From positions 168,604-232,603 of the forward strand of contig JAQTSC010000001.1 of NCBI GenBank assembly GCA_028711505.1: a stretch of 64,000 nt of DNA. Direction: 5' to 3'. The notes under the pieces are model-generated. The model searched no databases, had not been told where the DNA came from, and saw only the letters and a list, made by a program, of their open reading frames with translations. Positions 30,385 through 38,818 of this stretch are shown here, in pieces. The translations under genes and the position numbers were made by a program. Origin of the DNA: Minisyncoccota bacterium (GTDB lineage Bacteria; Patescibacteriota; Minisyncoccia; JAHISW01; Tagabacteraceae). The number at the start of each line of letters is the position of its first letter. Positions within the stretch are counted from its first letter, which is position 1.

Positions 30385-30981
30385 ATGAATCTGAAAAGAC
30401 GTTTTATTGAAGTTCAAAAATGCCCGGCAGTATCGGATGTAGATTTGCCTCTCGAAATCAAATTGAGAATTGCAAAAATCTGCCTTACATTGCGGCAACG
30501 CCGGACGAAATTCGGGCTTTTTGTTATCTTGGGATGGAAGAAAAAATGGAATAAATACGCGGTTTCTCCGGACATCTCGCAAGACATTTTTCTTCGGCAC
30601 CATACGAACATTATGACCCCGGGAATCCGTCCGGCGGCATCGCAAGACAAAAATCGGGACATCACCAAAACAATAAATTTTGACGGAGCGATACTGATAG
30701 ACGAATCCGGCGACATCTTGCACTCGGGAACCATGATTGAAAATCTGCGTCCCAAAAAAGTGGCCCAAAAAATCAATCCCCAAAAATCCAGCACCGACTT
30801 GTCCACCCAGTTCGGATTCAAGCAAAAAGTGCACATGAGGCATTTGTCCGCCATCACTTCTTCGTATATTTTCAAAGGAACAACCGTGTTTACCGTTTCC
30901 GAAGAAACAGGCCATTTCCCTATTTTTGAAAACGGAAAAATTCTGTACTCAACCATTCTGCAAGAACAGGAATTGGATTGA
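30385..30981 (+). CDS. Stand-alone DAC/DisA_N (diadenylate cyclase) domain protein
   Basis: FDGAILID (DGA), HMRHLSA (RHR-like) and VSEETG motifs. Confidence 0.75.
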   Translation: MNLKRRFIEVQKCPAVSDVDLPLEIKLRIAKICLTLRQRRTKFGLFVILGWKKKWNKYAVSPDISQDIFLRHHTNIMTPGIRPAASQDKNRDITKTINFDGAILIDESGDILHSGTMIENLRPKKVAQKINPQKSSTDLSTQFGFKQKVHMRHLSAITSSYIFKGTTVFTVSEETGHFPIFENGKILYSTILQEQELD

Positions 30982-30997
30982 TAAAAACGATGGACAG

Positions 30998-31396
30998 TTA
31001 TTCCGTGGTTATCCCGTCAAATTCCGGCCCGTCCGCCGTGGCTTCTTCTTTCGTCATCCGGACAACCCCGTCTTTGTGGTGCGCCGGGGAATAAATCGTG
31101 TAAAGTTTTAAACTCTCGGTCGCGGAAGTATTGATAATATTGTGCTGAGCGCCGGCAGGCACAATAATTACGGAGCCGTCGCCAAGCGCGCATTCGTTCC
31201 CGTCAATAACGCATTTCCCCTGCCCTTTTTCAAAACGAAAAAATTGGTCGTTTTCCTCGTGCGTCTCCATCCCGATTTCTTCGTTCGGTTTCAAACTCAT
31301 TAGCACCAACTGGCTGTGCTTCCCCGTGTAAAGCACTTTGCGAAAATTTTCATTTTCCAAAGTTTCTTTCTCTATGTTCGCGTTAAATCCTTTCAT
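30998..31396 (-). CDS. Cupin domain protein
   Basis: FRKVLYTG, E.H...DQFF and VPAG..HN motifs. Confidence 0.9.
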   Translation of the reverse strand: MKGFNANIEKETLENENFRKVLYTGKHSQLVLMSLKPNEEIGMETHEENDQFFRFEKGQGKCVIDGNECALGDGSVIIVPAGAQHNIINTSATESLKLYTIYSPAHHKDGVVRMTKEEATADGPEFDGITTE

Positions 31397-31433
31397 AAAA
31401 TTTTTTGTTTAATCTGATAAATTTTCGACAAAA

Positions 31434-31739
31434 TTATTTGTCTTTTCTCTTGTCGAGCTTGTCCAAACCCAATAACCTGACTCCAAAATAAACCACCAAA
31501 GCGATAACGACAAAATCAATAAACACACTAACAAGGTCTCCGTAAAGAATCTTAGCCGAACCGATATTTAACGAAGCGTTTTTTAATTCGCCGGCAGCCC
31601 CCAAAACAATGCCCAAAAGAGGATTGATAAAATCTGACACAATCGCGGAAACAAGTTTGGACACGGCGCCACCAAGAATAAAACCGACCGCCAAACCGAT
31701 AACTCCCTGTTCGCGGATAAAATTTACAAATCCTTTCAT
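31434..31739 (-). CDS. mscL: Large-conductance mechanosensitive channel
   Basis: VIGLAVGFILGGA..KLVSAIVSD.INP motif. Confidence 0.9.
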   Translation of the reverse strand: MKGFVNFIREQGVIGLAVGFILGGAVSKLVSAIVSDFINPLLGIVLGAAGELKNASLNIGSAKILYGDLVSVFIDFVVIALVVYFGVRLLGLDKLDKRKDK

Positions 31740-31778
31740 GTTTTATTTTATTATCAAATTAATTTCTAAAAAATAAAA

Positions 31779-32642
31779 TTATCTGCAGGAAGACAGCCCC
31801 TCGTCGCACCCGCACCCGTACGCGGCCCCGATGCTCACATGGTAATGATTACCTTCATTCAGACACTTCGCTTCTATATTGCACTCCCCCGCGGCTTTTT
31901 TTACTTGGTCAAAAGATAAATTTGTGCCCACATCCAAAGCGTAGCTTCCCTTTGAAGAACAATTCCTTCCTCCGTAATGACAGGAATATTGCGTGTGCTG
32001 ACAATTTTGGCTATCGTTAAAACTTTCGCCGGGACTCGTATAATTGCATGTTCCCGACACTATATTATTATCGGCTACTGAAGTTATTCTCACGCCGGAC
32101 AGCCTGCTTTCAAAACACGATTGAAATACGGCAAGCTCCGCGGAAGCGTTGGCATTGGAATTACCGGAAGAAGGCGTTTCTTCAAAAAGAGGGGCAGAAA
32201 CCTCCGGAGCGGATTTCATTTCTACCAGCTCGCAAGCGGGAAATTTTTGCCACACTTTAAACTCGCCGGTCAAAAGCACTCCTAAAATGGAATTCACGAT
32301 GGAATACGCGCTGAAAGCGATTATCAAACCAATAGCCGTGTTTTTAAATATCTCTTTCCCTTTTTCTTTTGTGCCGGGATTTCCTCCCGAAGTCATAAAA
32401 TAAAAGCCGGCAACGATAAAAGCCAAAACAGAAACCGGAAGAGTCAATTCAAAAAGAAGAAAGTTCAGGAAATTATTTACCATCGTCTCAAAATAACAAA
32501 GATTGCAAGCGCTTTCTCCCGCGCCGCCGCAAGGCACAATCCCTTTCGCAAAAGCCACAGACGGCAAAAGCAAAATCGCCGTTAAAACAGAGAAAGGCAA
32601 CAAGCCGCCTTTATTCCAGAATTGTTTAAACTGCCTGAACAT
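31779..32642 (-). CDS. CPR-type pilin-like (TrbC/VirB2-like) protein fused to a Cys-rich putative M15/LAS Zn-peptidase domain
   Basis: GIVPCG...AGFYFMTSGGNP...GK...NTAIGLII; C-terminal SCHYGG...ALDV...NHYHVS. Confidence 0.6.
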   Translation of the reverse strand: MFRQFKQFWNKGGLLPFSVLTAILLLPSVAFAKGIVPCGGAGESACNLCYFETMVNNFLNFLLFELTLPVSVLAFIVAGFYFMTSGGNPGTKEKGKEIFKNTAIGLIIAFSAYSIVNSILGVLLTGEFKVWQKFPACELVEMKSAPEVSAPLFEETPSSGNSNANASAELAVFQSCFESRLSGVRITSVADNNIVSGTCNYTSPGESFNDSQNCQHTQYSCHYGGRNCSSKGSYALDVGTNLSFDQVKKAAGECNIEAKCLNEGNHYHVSIGAAYGCGCDEGLSSCR

Positions 32643-32687
32643 ATATGTTAGAATTATACTATAAAAGGTCGTTAAAATTAAATTATA

Positions 32688-33167
32688 TTGAACATGGTAA
32701 TAAAACTTATTTACACTGTCTTTTTGGCATTGTTAGTCGCGCTTTTTGTCGGTTTTGGCATTGACGCTTTTTATAAGGGCTCAGAAATGCCAAAGTATCC
32801 GATTGAATTGGAAACTCAAAAAGCGGGCTGCGATGAGCCGGCAGAAATGACTTCTCTCAGAAAAGATTACGACCAAAAGCAGGAACAATATTTTGAAGAA
32901 TCCAAATCGTACAACCGCAATGTTTCTATCATTGCGCTGGTTGCCGCTATCATCATTTTGGTGGCGAGTTTGACGCTTTTGTCAAAAATCAAAATGATAG
33001 CCGACGGAATACTTTTAGGCGGAGTTTTTACGACCGCTTATGGCATTATCCGCGGAATCATGAGCGCGAATTCCCAATTCCGATTTTTCATTATAGTGAT
33101 TGGTCTGTTAATCGCTTTAATCTTGGGCTATATCAAATTCATCCGGGCCAAAACGGATTCTCGGTAA
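32688..33167 (+). CDS. Hypothetical membrane protein
   Basis: Four TM segments. Confidence 0.7.
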   Translation: MNMVIKLIYTVFLALLVALFVGFGIDAFYKGSEMPKYPIELETQKAGCDEPAEMTSLRKDYDQKQEQYFEESKSYNRNVSIIALVAAIIILVASLTLLSKIKMIADGILLGGVFTTAYGIIRGIMSANSQFRFFIIVIGLLIALILGYIKFIRAKTDSR

Positions 33168-33268
33168 AAACAATCGCGGGTGCTTGATTTCGGACAACAA
33201 AAAAAGGAGGGGCGTACTGTCTCTCCTTTTTTTGTTTAATATTCTAATAACTGAAAACTGTATAAATC

Positions 33269-33391
33269 CTATCTCCGCTTTTTCTTTGCGGCTTTATTCT
33301 CAAGCATGAGTCTTTTAACCTCAAGACGCTTCGCTGTCTTGTGAGAATGCGATTTTTTCCTTTTCCCTATTGCCGTGCTTCTTTTTGCCAT
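33269..33391 (-). CDS. 40-aa highly basic protein not in the ORF track (MAKRSTAIGKRKKSHSHKTAKRLEVKRLMLENKAAKKKRR)
   Basis: Manually translated ATG..TAG frame filling the gap; terminator hairpin at ~33196-33237. Confidence 0.6.
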   Translation of the reverse strand: MAKRSTAIGKRKKSHSHKTAKRLEVKRLMLENKAAKKKRR

Positions 33392-33467
33392 ATGAATTTT
33401 TAATAATTGCTAAAAATCTTATTTCTATTCTGCCAAGTACCGGAATAAATAGAGGTTTGACAGACTA

Positions 33468-34028
33468 TCAATCAAATAATTTTGCAAGCCAGCCAAATAA
33501 ACTGAATTTTCCTTCCTGAGCCTTAATAAAACTTTCAATTTTGGTTTGTTCCTGTTCTAGAGACTGAACTTGATTTTGAAGCTCTGTTTTTTCTCCTTCG
33601 TTTTGAATATTCTCCATCAATCTGTTTAATTGTTCCAGCCTGTTTCTGGTTTGAACAGTTTCGCTTCTTAAAGCGCCGAGATTTTTATAATCGGAACCGA
33701 TTAAAAAAGTTTTTATCTTGCTTCTTGCCTGGACTTTTTCCATCGCCTTAATCGCCGTGCTCGCGGATTGGTTTTGCTCCGTGGCTATAATTTTTACTTG
33801 CTGCCCTATTCCTTCTTCTCCTTCCGTGCTGCTTGCCGTCTCCAAAAGAGTCTGGACAAAATCGGCTACAACACTGCGATGTTCTTCGGTATCAATCTGA
33901 GCGCGAACTTGTTTTTGTTCGCTATTTCCGTTTTGGTTTTGTTCTTCCTGCCCGTTTTTCGCGTCAGCAGCAAAAGCAAGAACAAAAACAAACACCCAAA
34001 TACCCGCTGCTAAAATTTTATTTTTCAT
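33468..34028 (-). CDS. Secreted coiled-coil hypothetical protein
   Basis: Signal peptide, Gln/Glu-rich helices, ends FSLFGWL. Confidence 0.75.
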   Translation of the reverse strand: MKNKILAAGIWVFVFVLAFAADAKNGQEEQNQNGNSEQKQVRAQIDTEEHRSVVADFVQTLLETASSTEGEEGIGQQVKIIATEQNQSASTAIKAMEKVQARSKIKTFLIGSDYKNLGALRSETVQTRNRLEQLNRLMENIQNEGEKTELQNQVQSLEQEQTKIESFIKAQEGKFSLFGWLAKLFD

Positions 34029-34148
34029 ATTTTTGAAATATTGTTAAATTCCCGACTTTTTAATTAATGCTGTCATTATATCAAAAAACCGCCCGCGCGT
34101 CAGCTGATACGCGGACAATTTTCAAATTTCTCTAATTTCGCTAAAAAA

Positions 34149-35579
34149 CTAAACTCTTTTAGCGGTTCGCAAAGGGATGTCGGCAACAGTTTTTTTGCCT
34201 AAAATTCCGGCAATTTCCAAAAGATATTTCCCGTGCCCGAAAACTTTAAGAAACCATCTCGGGTTTGTTCTCAATATGGCCTCAAAAGTGTTGAAAACCA
34301 CGCGGGGATTGGTATAAAAACGCTTTGCCGCTTCTTTGCACTTTCTCTGAACCAATTCTTCTGGCATCGGCTGAAATTTCCCTTCTTTTTGCGCGAGCCA
34401 TATGTCGGAACCGATAAGCACGGTCAGAACATAAAATCCGCAAAACGTCGGCTTTATTTTCAAAGCAAATTTTATAGTCTCTTCCATTGTTTCTTCGGTG
34501 TCTCCGGGAAGGCCAAAAATAAATTCCACGCTGTTCAAGATACCCGATTTTTTCAATTCTTTCACCAAATCGGCCAAAGCTTGGGGCTGTTCCGGACTTC
34601 TGTTTACGTTTTTCAAAATCTCTTTGGATGCGGACTGCAAACCGATTGTAATTGAAGAACACCCCGCTTTTTTCATCAAAGGCAAAATTTCTTTGCGGCT
34701 TTTTAAAAAGCTGAACGGATGCAATATACAGCGCCACTTCAAATCATAATTTCTTTCAATAAGTTTTTGGCAGAATTCTCTTGCCCAATCATCGTTAAGC
34801 CATGACCAGATATCGTCCTGAAACATAAGGTACTTAACGCCTTTTTCCTTCACGAGATAATCAATTTCTTCCAAAACGCTTTCAACGGAACGGCTTCGGT
34901 AAACGCCTCCCCATATTTTATGAGAAACGCAATAACTGCATTTAAAAGGACAGCCGCGGGAAGCCATTATTGAAGTATAAGGAGTCCTCATGTCAAAAAC
35001 GTGATAATCGTAAAAATTATTCAAATCGAATTTGTCCCATGCCGGCATCGGCAATTCATCAAGATTTTTTACAAGTTCCCTTTCCGGAGTATATTTTATT
35101 TCGCCGCGTTCTTTGTAAGCGATTCCTTTTATCTGAGGCAAATTGATTTTCCCGCGGCAATATTCAATCATTTCCACAATAGTTTTTTCTCCTTCATTAA
35201 GACAAAAAACATCCACGCCGGCGTTCAAATAACTTTCACAATCAAACATGTCGGGGCCGCCGGCAAAAATTTTTAACTTGGGAAATTTTTCCCTGGTTGC
35301 CCGCAAAAATTCAAACATATGGTCTTTCATCGCGGCGGAGCCGTAAAAACCCACGAAAAGAGGGGAAACTTCGGCAATATGAGAATTAAGCGATTCTTTG
35401 GTATAAGGAGTAATGGTAAAATCAAGTATTTCTGAATCAACGCCCTGTTGACGCAAAACCGAAACCAAATAAGCGAAACCTATTTGAGGCTCCCTCTTTA
35501 TGTCGTAATCTCTTTTGCCGGCGAGAGCGAAACTCATGTCGGGTTGTCCGACGTAAACAAAGAGGCATTTTTCCTGCAT
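34149..35579 (-). CDS. B12-binding-domain radical SAM protein
   Basis: N-terminal cobalamin-binding-like region (GGP, EGE); SRGCPFKCSYC; FIFGLPGDT. Confidence 0.9.
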   Translation of the reverse strand: MQEKCLFVYVGQPDMSFALAGKRDYDIKREPQIGFAYLVSVLRQQGVDSEILDFTITPYTKESLNSHIAEVSPLFVGFYGSAAMKDHMFEFLRATREKFPKLKIFAGGPDMFDCESYLNAGVDVFCLNEGEKTIVEMIEYCRGKINLPQIKGIAYKERGEIKYTPERELVKNLDELPMPAWDKFDLNNFYDYHVFDMRTPYTSIMASRGCPFKCSYCVSHKIWGGVYRSRSVESVLEEIDYLVKEKGVKYLMFQDDIWSWLNDDWAREFCQKLIERNYDLKWRCILHPFSFLKSRKEILPLMKKAGCSSITIGLQSASKEILKNVNRSPEQPQALADLVKELKKSGILNSVEFIFGLPGDTEETMEETIKFALKIKPTFCGFYVLTVLIGSDIWLAQKEGKFQPMPEELVQRKCKEAAKRFYTNPRVVFNTFEAILRTNPRWFLKVFGHGKYLLEIAGILGKKTVADIPLRTAKRV

Positions 35580-35791
35580 AAATTTTTGGAAGAGAAGCTT
35601 GTTTTCTTTTTTTATTATTTAAACCAAATTAAATAATACAAAAAATGTTGTTTCCGGTCAAACAAAACGCGGCCAATTTGAGAAAAATGGTTTAACCGAG
35701 GCCAACGAACGACGATGAAACCTGTTTTATTAATTGAAATATAAAAAAGCGGATGTTAGCTTCTTGCCTCACCGCTTTTTTAACTAAAAGA

Positions 35792-36100
35792 TTATTTGAA
35801 CAAAGAAATTGTTTTCTCGGCCTCATCCAAGAGATTCTTAAAATCAGCCGGCCCGCTGTAGCCATTTCTAACATTAAATAAAGGTTTAAGCCCCAGCTCC
35901 TGTATCAGAAAAAACAAAGCGGCGCGGGCAGGTGTTGTCAGTTCGGAAGGTTGAGGTATACCAAATAAAAAATCTCTTCTTTGTTCCCGGGCTGCCGCTT
36001 TTTCAGGTGAACAGGTAAAGATACCATTTTTTGCTTCCAGTTCTTTAAGGTTTTTTATAACCTTTTCGCATATTGCGATATCGGGGATTTTCATAAACAA
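35792..36100 (-). CDS. Hypothetical protein
   Basis: AGGAGG RBS and TTGACA promoter upstream (~36188). Confidence 0.6.
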   Translation of the reverse strand: MFMKIPDIAICEKVIKNLKELEAKNGIFTCSPEKAAAREQRRDFLFGIPQPSELTTPARAALFFLIQELGLKPLFNVRNGYSGPADFKNLLDEAEKTISLFK

Positions 36101-36427
36101 CCTCCTTTTTCAATCCAAAATTTCTTTATCAAAAAAAACCGCCAGTTTTTATCTATTTAATCTATAACAAACTATATTAATTCTGTCAACTCCCGAATTA
36201 AAACCCTCGCAAACTTTTGAAATCATTTTGCCAAATCTGATACACAAATCCAAAAAACGGACAGAATTTTTGGCGGCGGATATCCAACTTGATTTATCCA
36301 ATCACGAATATACATTCCCACGCGTTCAATATGGTGATGTCTCAAAGAAGAGGCGCCCGCGAAATAAAGCCGTAACCGCACCTGCATTAGCAGACAAAGT
36401 CATTGTATTAAAGATTGGCATAAAAAA

Positions 36428-36465
36428 GAGCCCTCGGCGTTGCGAAAAAATCGCGCCGAAGGCTC
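36428..36465 (-). terminator. GC-rich hairpin plus U-run after the DGR-like target (terminator and/or DGR targeting hairpin)
   Basis: GAGCCTTCGGCG/CGCCGAGGGCTC stem then TTTTT. Confidence 0.65.
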
Positions 36466-36503
36466 AAGGGTTAAAAAGGGGTAAACTCTCAAAATTACAA
36501 GGT

Positions 36504-37370
36504 TCAGAGCCTCCGAGACGCACCCACGCCAACGCCGTAGCCGCGGTCGCCGTCCCAGCCGCCGACGCGGAGGCCGTCCTCGCCGAAGCCGCCGACACAC
36601 GAGACGCCGCCAACGCTGCCAGCAGCGACCTTATCGGTCTTCACAATGCGCTCCGTGCAGGCTGCCCACCGCGATGAATTAGGACGGTTACCCGTCTTGC
36701 GGAAGACGAGGATGTCCTTCGTCGTTTCGGCGATGGTCGTCGGCACTTCGTACCCTTCGGGAAGCATCGCCACCTGCTCTTCGGGCTTCTTGCTCGTGGA
36801 ATCGGGAACGATGTCCTTGAGCATGAGGTACCACCTGAGTTGCATAGTTGCCACATCGGTGTGCGGCTGGCCTACGTGCCACGGGTCGTTGTTGAAATAA
36901 AATTTCGGCTGTTCCGTTGCAGGGTGCAGTTCAAGCCACTTCGCTACCGTAAGCGGAGCACCGTTGATGCGGGAAAGACCCAGGAATGCGAAATGTGTGT
37001 CCTTCACTAGCTTACCCTTGTTGAAGGGACAGGGACTGTTGAGGACGTCTTCGCCCCACGGAAACTTCCCGGCTTCACGGAGCTGTTTCTTGGTGAACTT
37101 GGCGTCGTAGTAGCTCATCCAGTCGGCATCGTCGAAGATGTTCCGACCCAGAACCACCCGAGCCAACCGTGACCCGATGGAACCGACGAGACCCTTGCGC
37201 ATCATCGCTTGCGCGATGCGGCAGGCGTACTCGTTGTCTGTACGGAAGAGATCGAAGAGGTCGCAAGGATTGCCTCCCTGCTTGGTGATTGCCCTTTCAA
37301 GAGAAGCCACACTCTCCTCGAACCCACCCTTTGTCATTGTCCAGAGACCGCTTGTCTGTCTTGTGCTCAT
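36504..37370 (-). CDS. Probable DGR variable (target) protein with CLec-like C-terminus
   Basis: C-terminal VGGFGEDGLRVGGWDGDRGYGVGVGASRRL resembles CPR DGR target ends; last 40 codons contain 7 A in 120 nt and 13 GGC codons. Confidence 0.7.
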   Translation of the reverse strand: MSTRQTSGLWTMTKGGFEESVASLERAITKQGGNPCDLFDLFRTDNEYACRIAQAMMRKGLVGSIGSRLARVVLGRNIFDDADWMSYYDAKFTKKQLREAGKFPWGEDVLNSPCPFNKGKLVKDTHFAFLGLSRINGAPLTVAKWLELHPATEQPKFYFNNDPWHVGQPHTDVATMQLRWYLMLKDIVPDSTSKKPEEQVAMLPEGYEVPTTIAETTKDILVFRKTGNRPNSSRWAACTERIVKTDKVAAGSVGGVSCVGGFGEDGLRVGGWDGDRGYGVGVGASRRL

Positions 37371-37634
37371 AGCACACCTCCATTTTTTGATTTGTTCTCC
37401 ATATCCTTCAGAGATTTTAGAGAACGGGTTACCCTTTGCCGCAGGGTGACGGTCTCATCTCTCCTATGAGACGAGCGTTTTAGGAATCAAGATTTTGACA
37501 CCCAAAACGCCCATCTCATAGACTGTCTGAATCTATTTTATTCTCATTTTCAAAGGATATCTCATCACAGCAATATATTTTAGGAAAGTCAAGCCAAAGA
37601 AAAAAGTGTCGCTATAAAAACAACAACCCGCTTG

Positions 37635-37830
37635 CGGGAGATCAAAGCGACATTTACAAAGCCGCTGGCATTGCCGCGCACGAGTTGGCTTACTTTTGTA
37701 AACAAATATACGAAGTTGCCGAATCAGATGACAGGCGCATGTTGTTCTCCCAGATTTTTACGAACCTTGTCCAAAATCGAAGTGGAATAAAAAAACACCA
37801 GCTTTCGTTGATGTTTATCCTTCTTGGCTC
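37635..37830 (+). pseudogene. Decayed 3' fragment of a serine recombinase paralogous to 50148-51725
   Basis: GDQSDIYKAAGIAAHELAYFCKQIYEVAESDDRRMLFSQIFTNLVQN aligns with RDKSDEHQAAGIAVHELAFRSKEIYEVADDVDMKRLLLSQLFTNLLQN; after a deletion/frameshift it ends VYPSWL versus SSPVWL. Confidence 0.85.
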
Positions 37831-38314
37831 GCTTGGAAGGATATGATACGAACGCTGAAATGGGAAGAGATTTTCCCTTATCCCACAGTATCTTTACAGC
37901 AGATAAGGCAGTTGTTAGCTATCGTTCAATAAAATTGTATCACTTATAATAACAATTTAATAGTTTATTAAGCCAGGAGAAGAGGCACGATGTCTCTTCT
38001 TTTTGGTTTTAGGGTGGTGGTAGTTTCCCAGTGCCATTTTATTTTTTTGAGGGGGAAGCCCTGGGGTAATTTGTCTTTTTTGTCCGAAAACCTGTTGTAT
38101 GTACCAGTACGTACCATACCAGTACATACTAACGGCACATTATTTGCACATAGCCACTTCTACCACGTACACACCCTGTCATCGTTTGAGACATTAACTT
38201 GTTTATGCTTGGAATAACAGATGATAGCAGGGTTATAGTGTGTTAAACAAAAAGGGTGTAACCATCTTTTTACCCGTCTCAATAGGTTAAAAATACCACT
38301 ACCTATAAGGGTAG

Positions 38315-38815
38315 CTATTTTACCTCTCTGCCCTTGGTGTGATTTTGGAACAAGATATAACCGATACTAAACACAATTAAAGAGGCGCCAAGTGGTGGGA
38401 ATAGATACAACACAAGGTTTAAGATGTTATACAAAAAAGATATTATAGCGTTCAATAGTTCGACAACCTTGGGAACAACCCAAAAGTACATAATTAGAAT
38501 CAAGAAGCCCCATATAAGCCCCTTTATACCTCGATAAAGCTGCCTGTCTCCCAAGCCTCTTACTATCAGATGGTATAAGAATTGATAAAATCTCACCCAA
38601 TATAAAAATGCGCCAAATGTTACAAATACCAAGGCGCTATACAATACTCGGTTAAAAAAACTCGGCGCCTCAATAGGGTTTATCGTAGCCCACTGAAATG
38701 TCTTACCAAGCCAGAAATGCCAGAGTAAAATTGCCAAAGCAAAAACGACAGCAAATGCCGCCGATGATGCAATTTCTTTTTTATTTTTTGCTATAACTTT
38801 TTTATACCAGCTCAT
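38315..38815 (-). CDS. Four-TM hypothetical protein at the end of the RM-RloC operon
   Basis: Hydrophobic segments; 3 bp from the upstream gene. Confidence 0.75.
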   Translation of the reverse strand: MSWYKKVIAKNKKEIASSAAFAVVFALAILLWHFWLGKTFQWATINPIEAPSFFNRVLYSALVFVTFGAFLYWVRFYQFLYHLIVRGLGDRQLYRGIKGLIWGFLILIMYFWVVPKVVELLNAIISFLYNILNLVLYLFPPLGASLIVFSIGYILFQNHTKGREVK

Positions 38816-38818
38816 ATT

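Noticed and set aside
36228-36677. 149-aa plus-strand Ala-rich ORF
   Set aside because: The Ala run is the antisense reading of the GGC-rich variable region
36100-37830. DGR template repeat or reverse transcriptase near the target
   Set aside because: No second AAC-rich copy of the variable region and no YxDD RT ORF seen by eye
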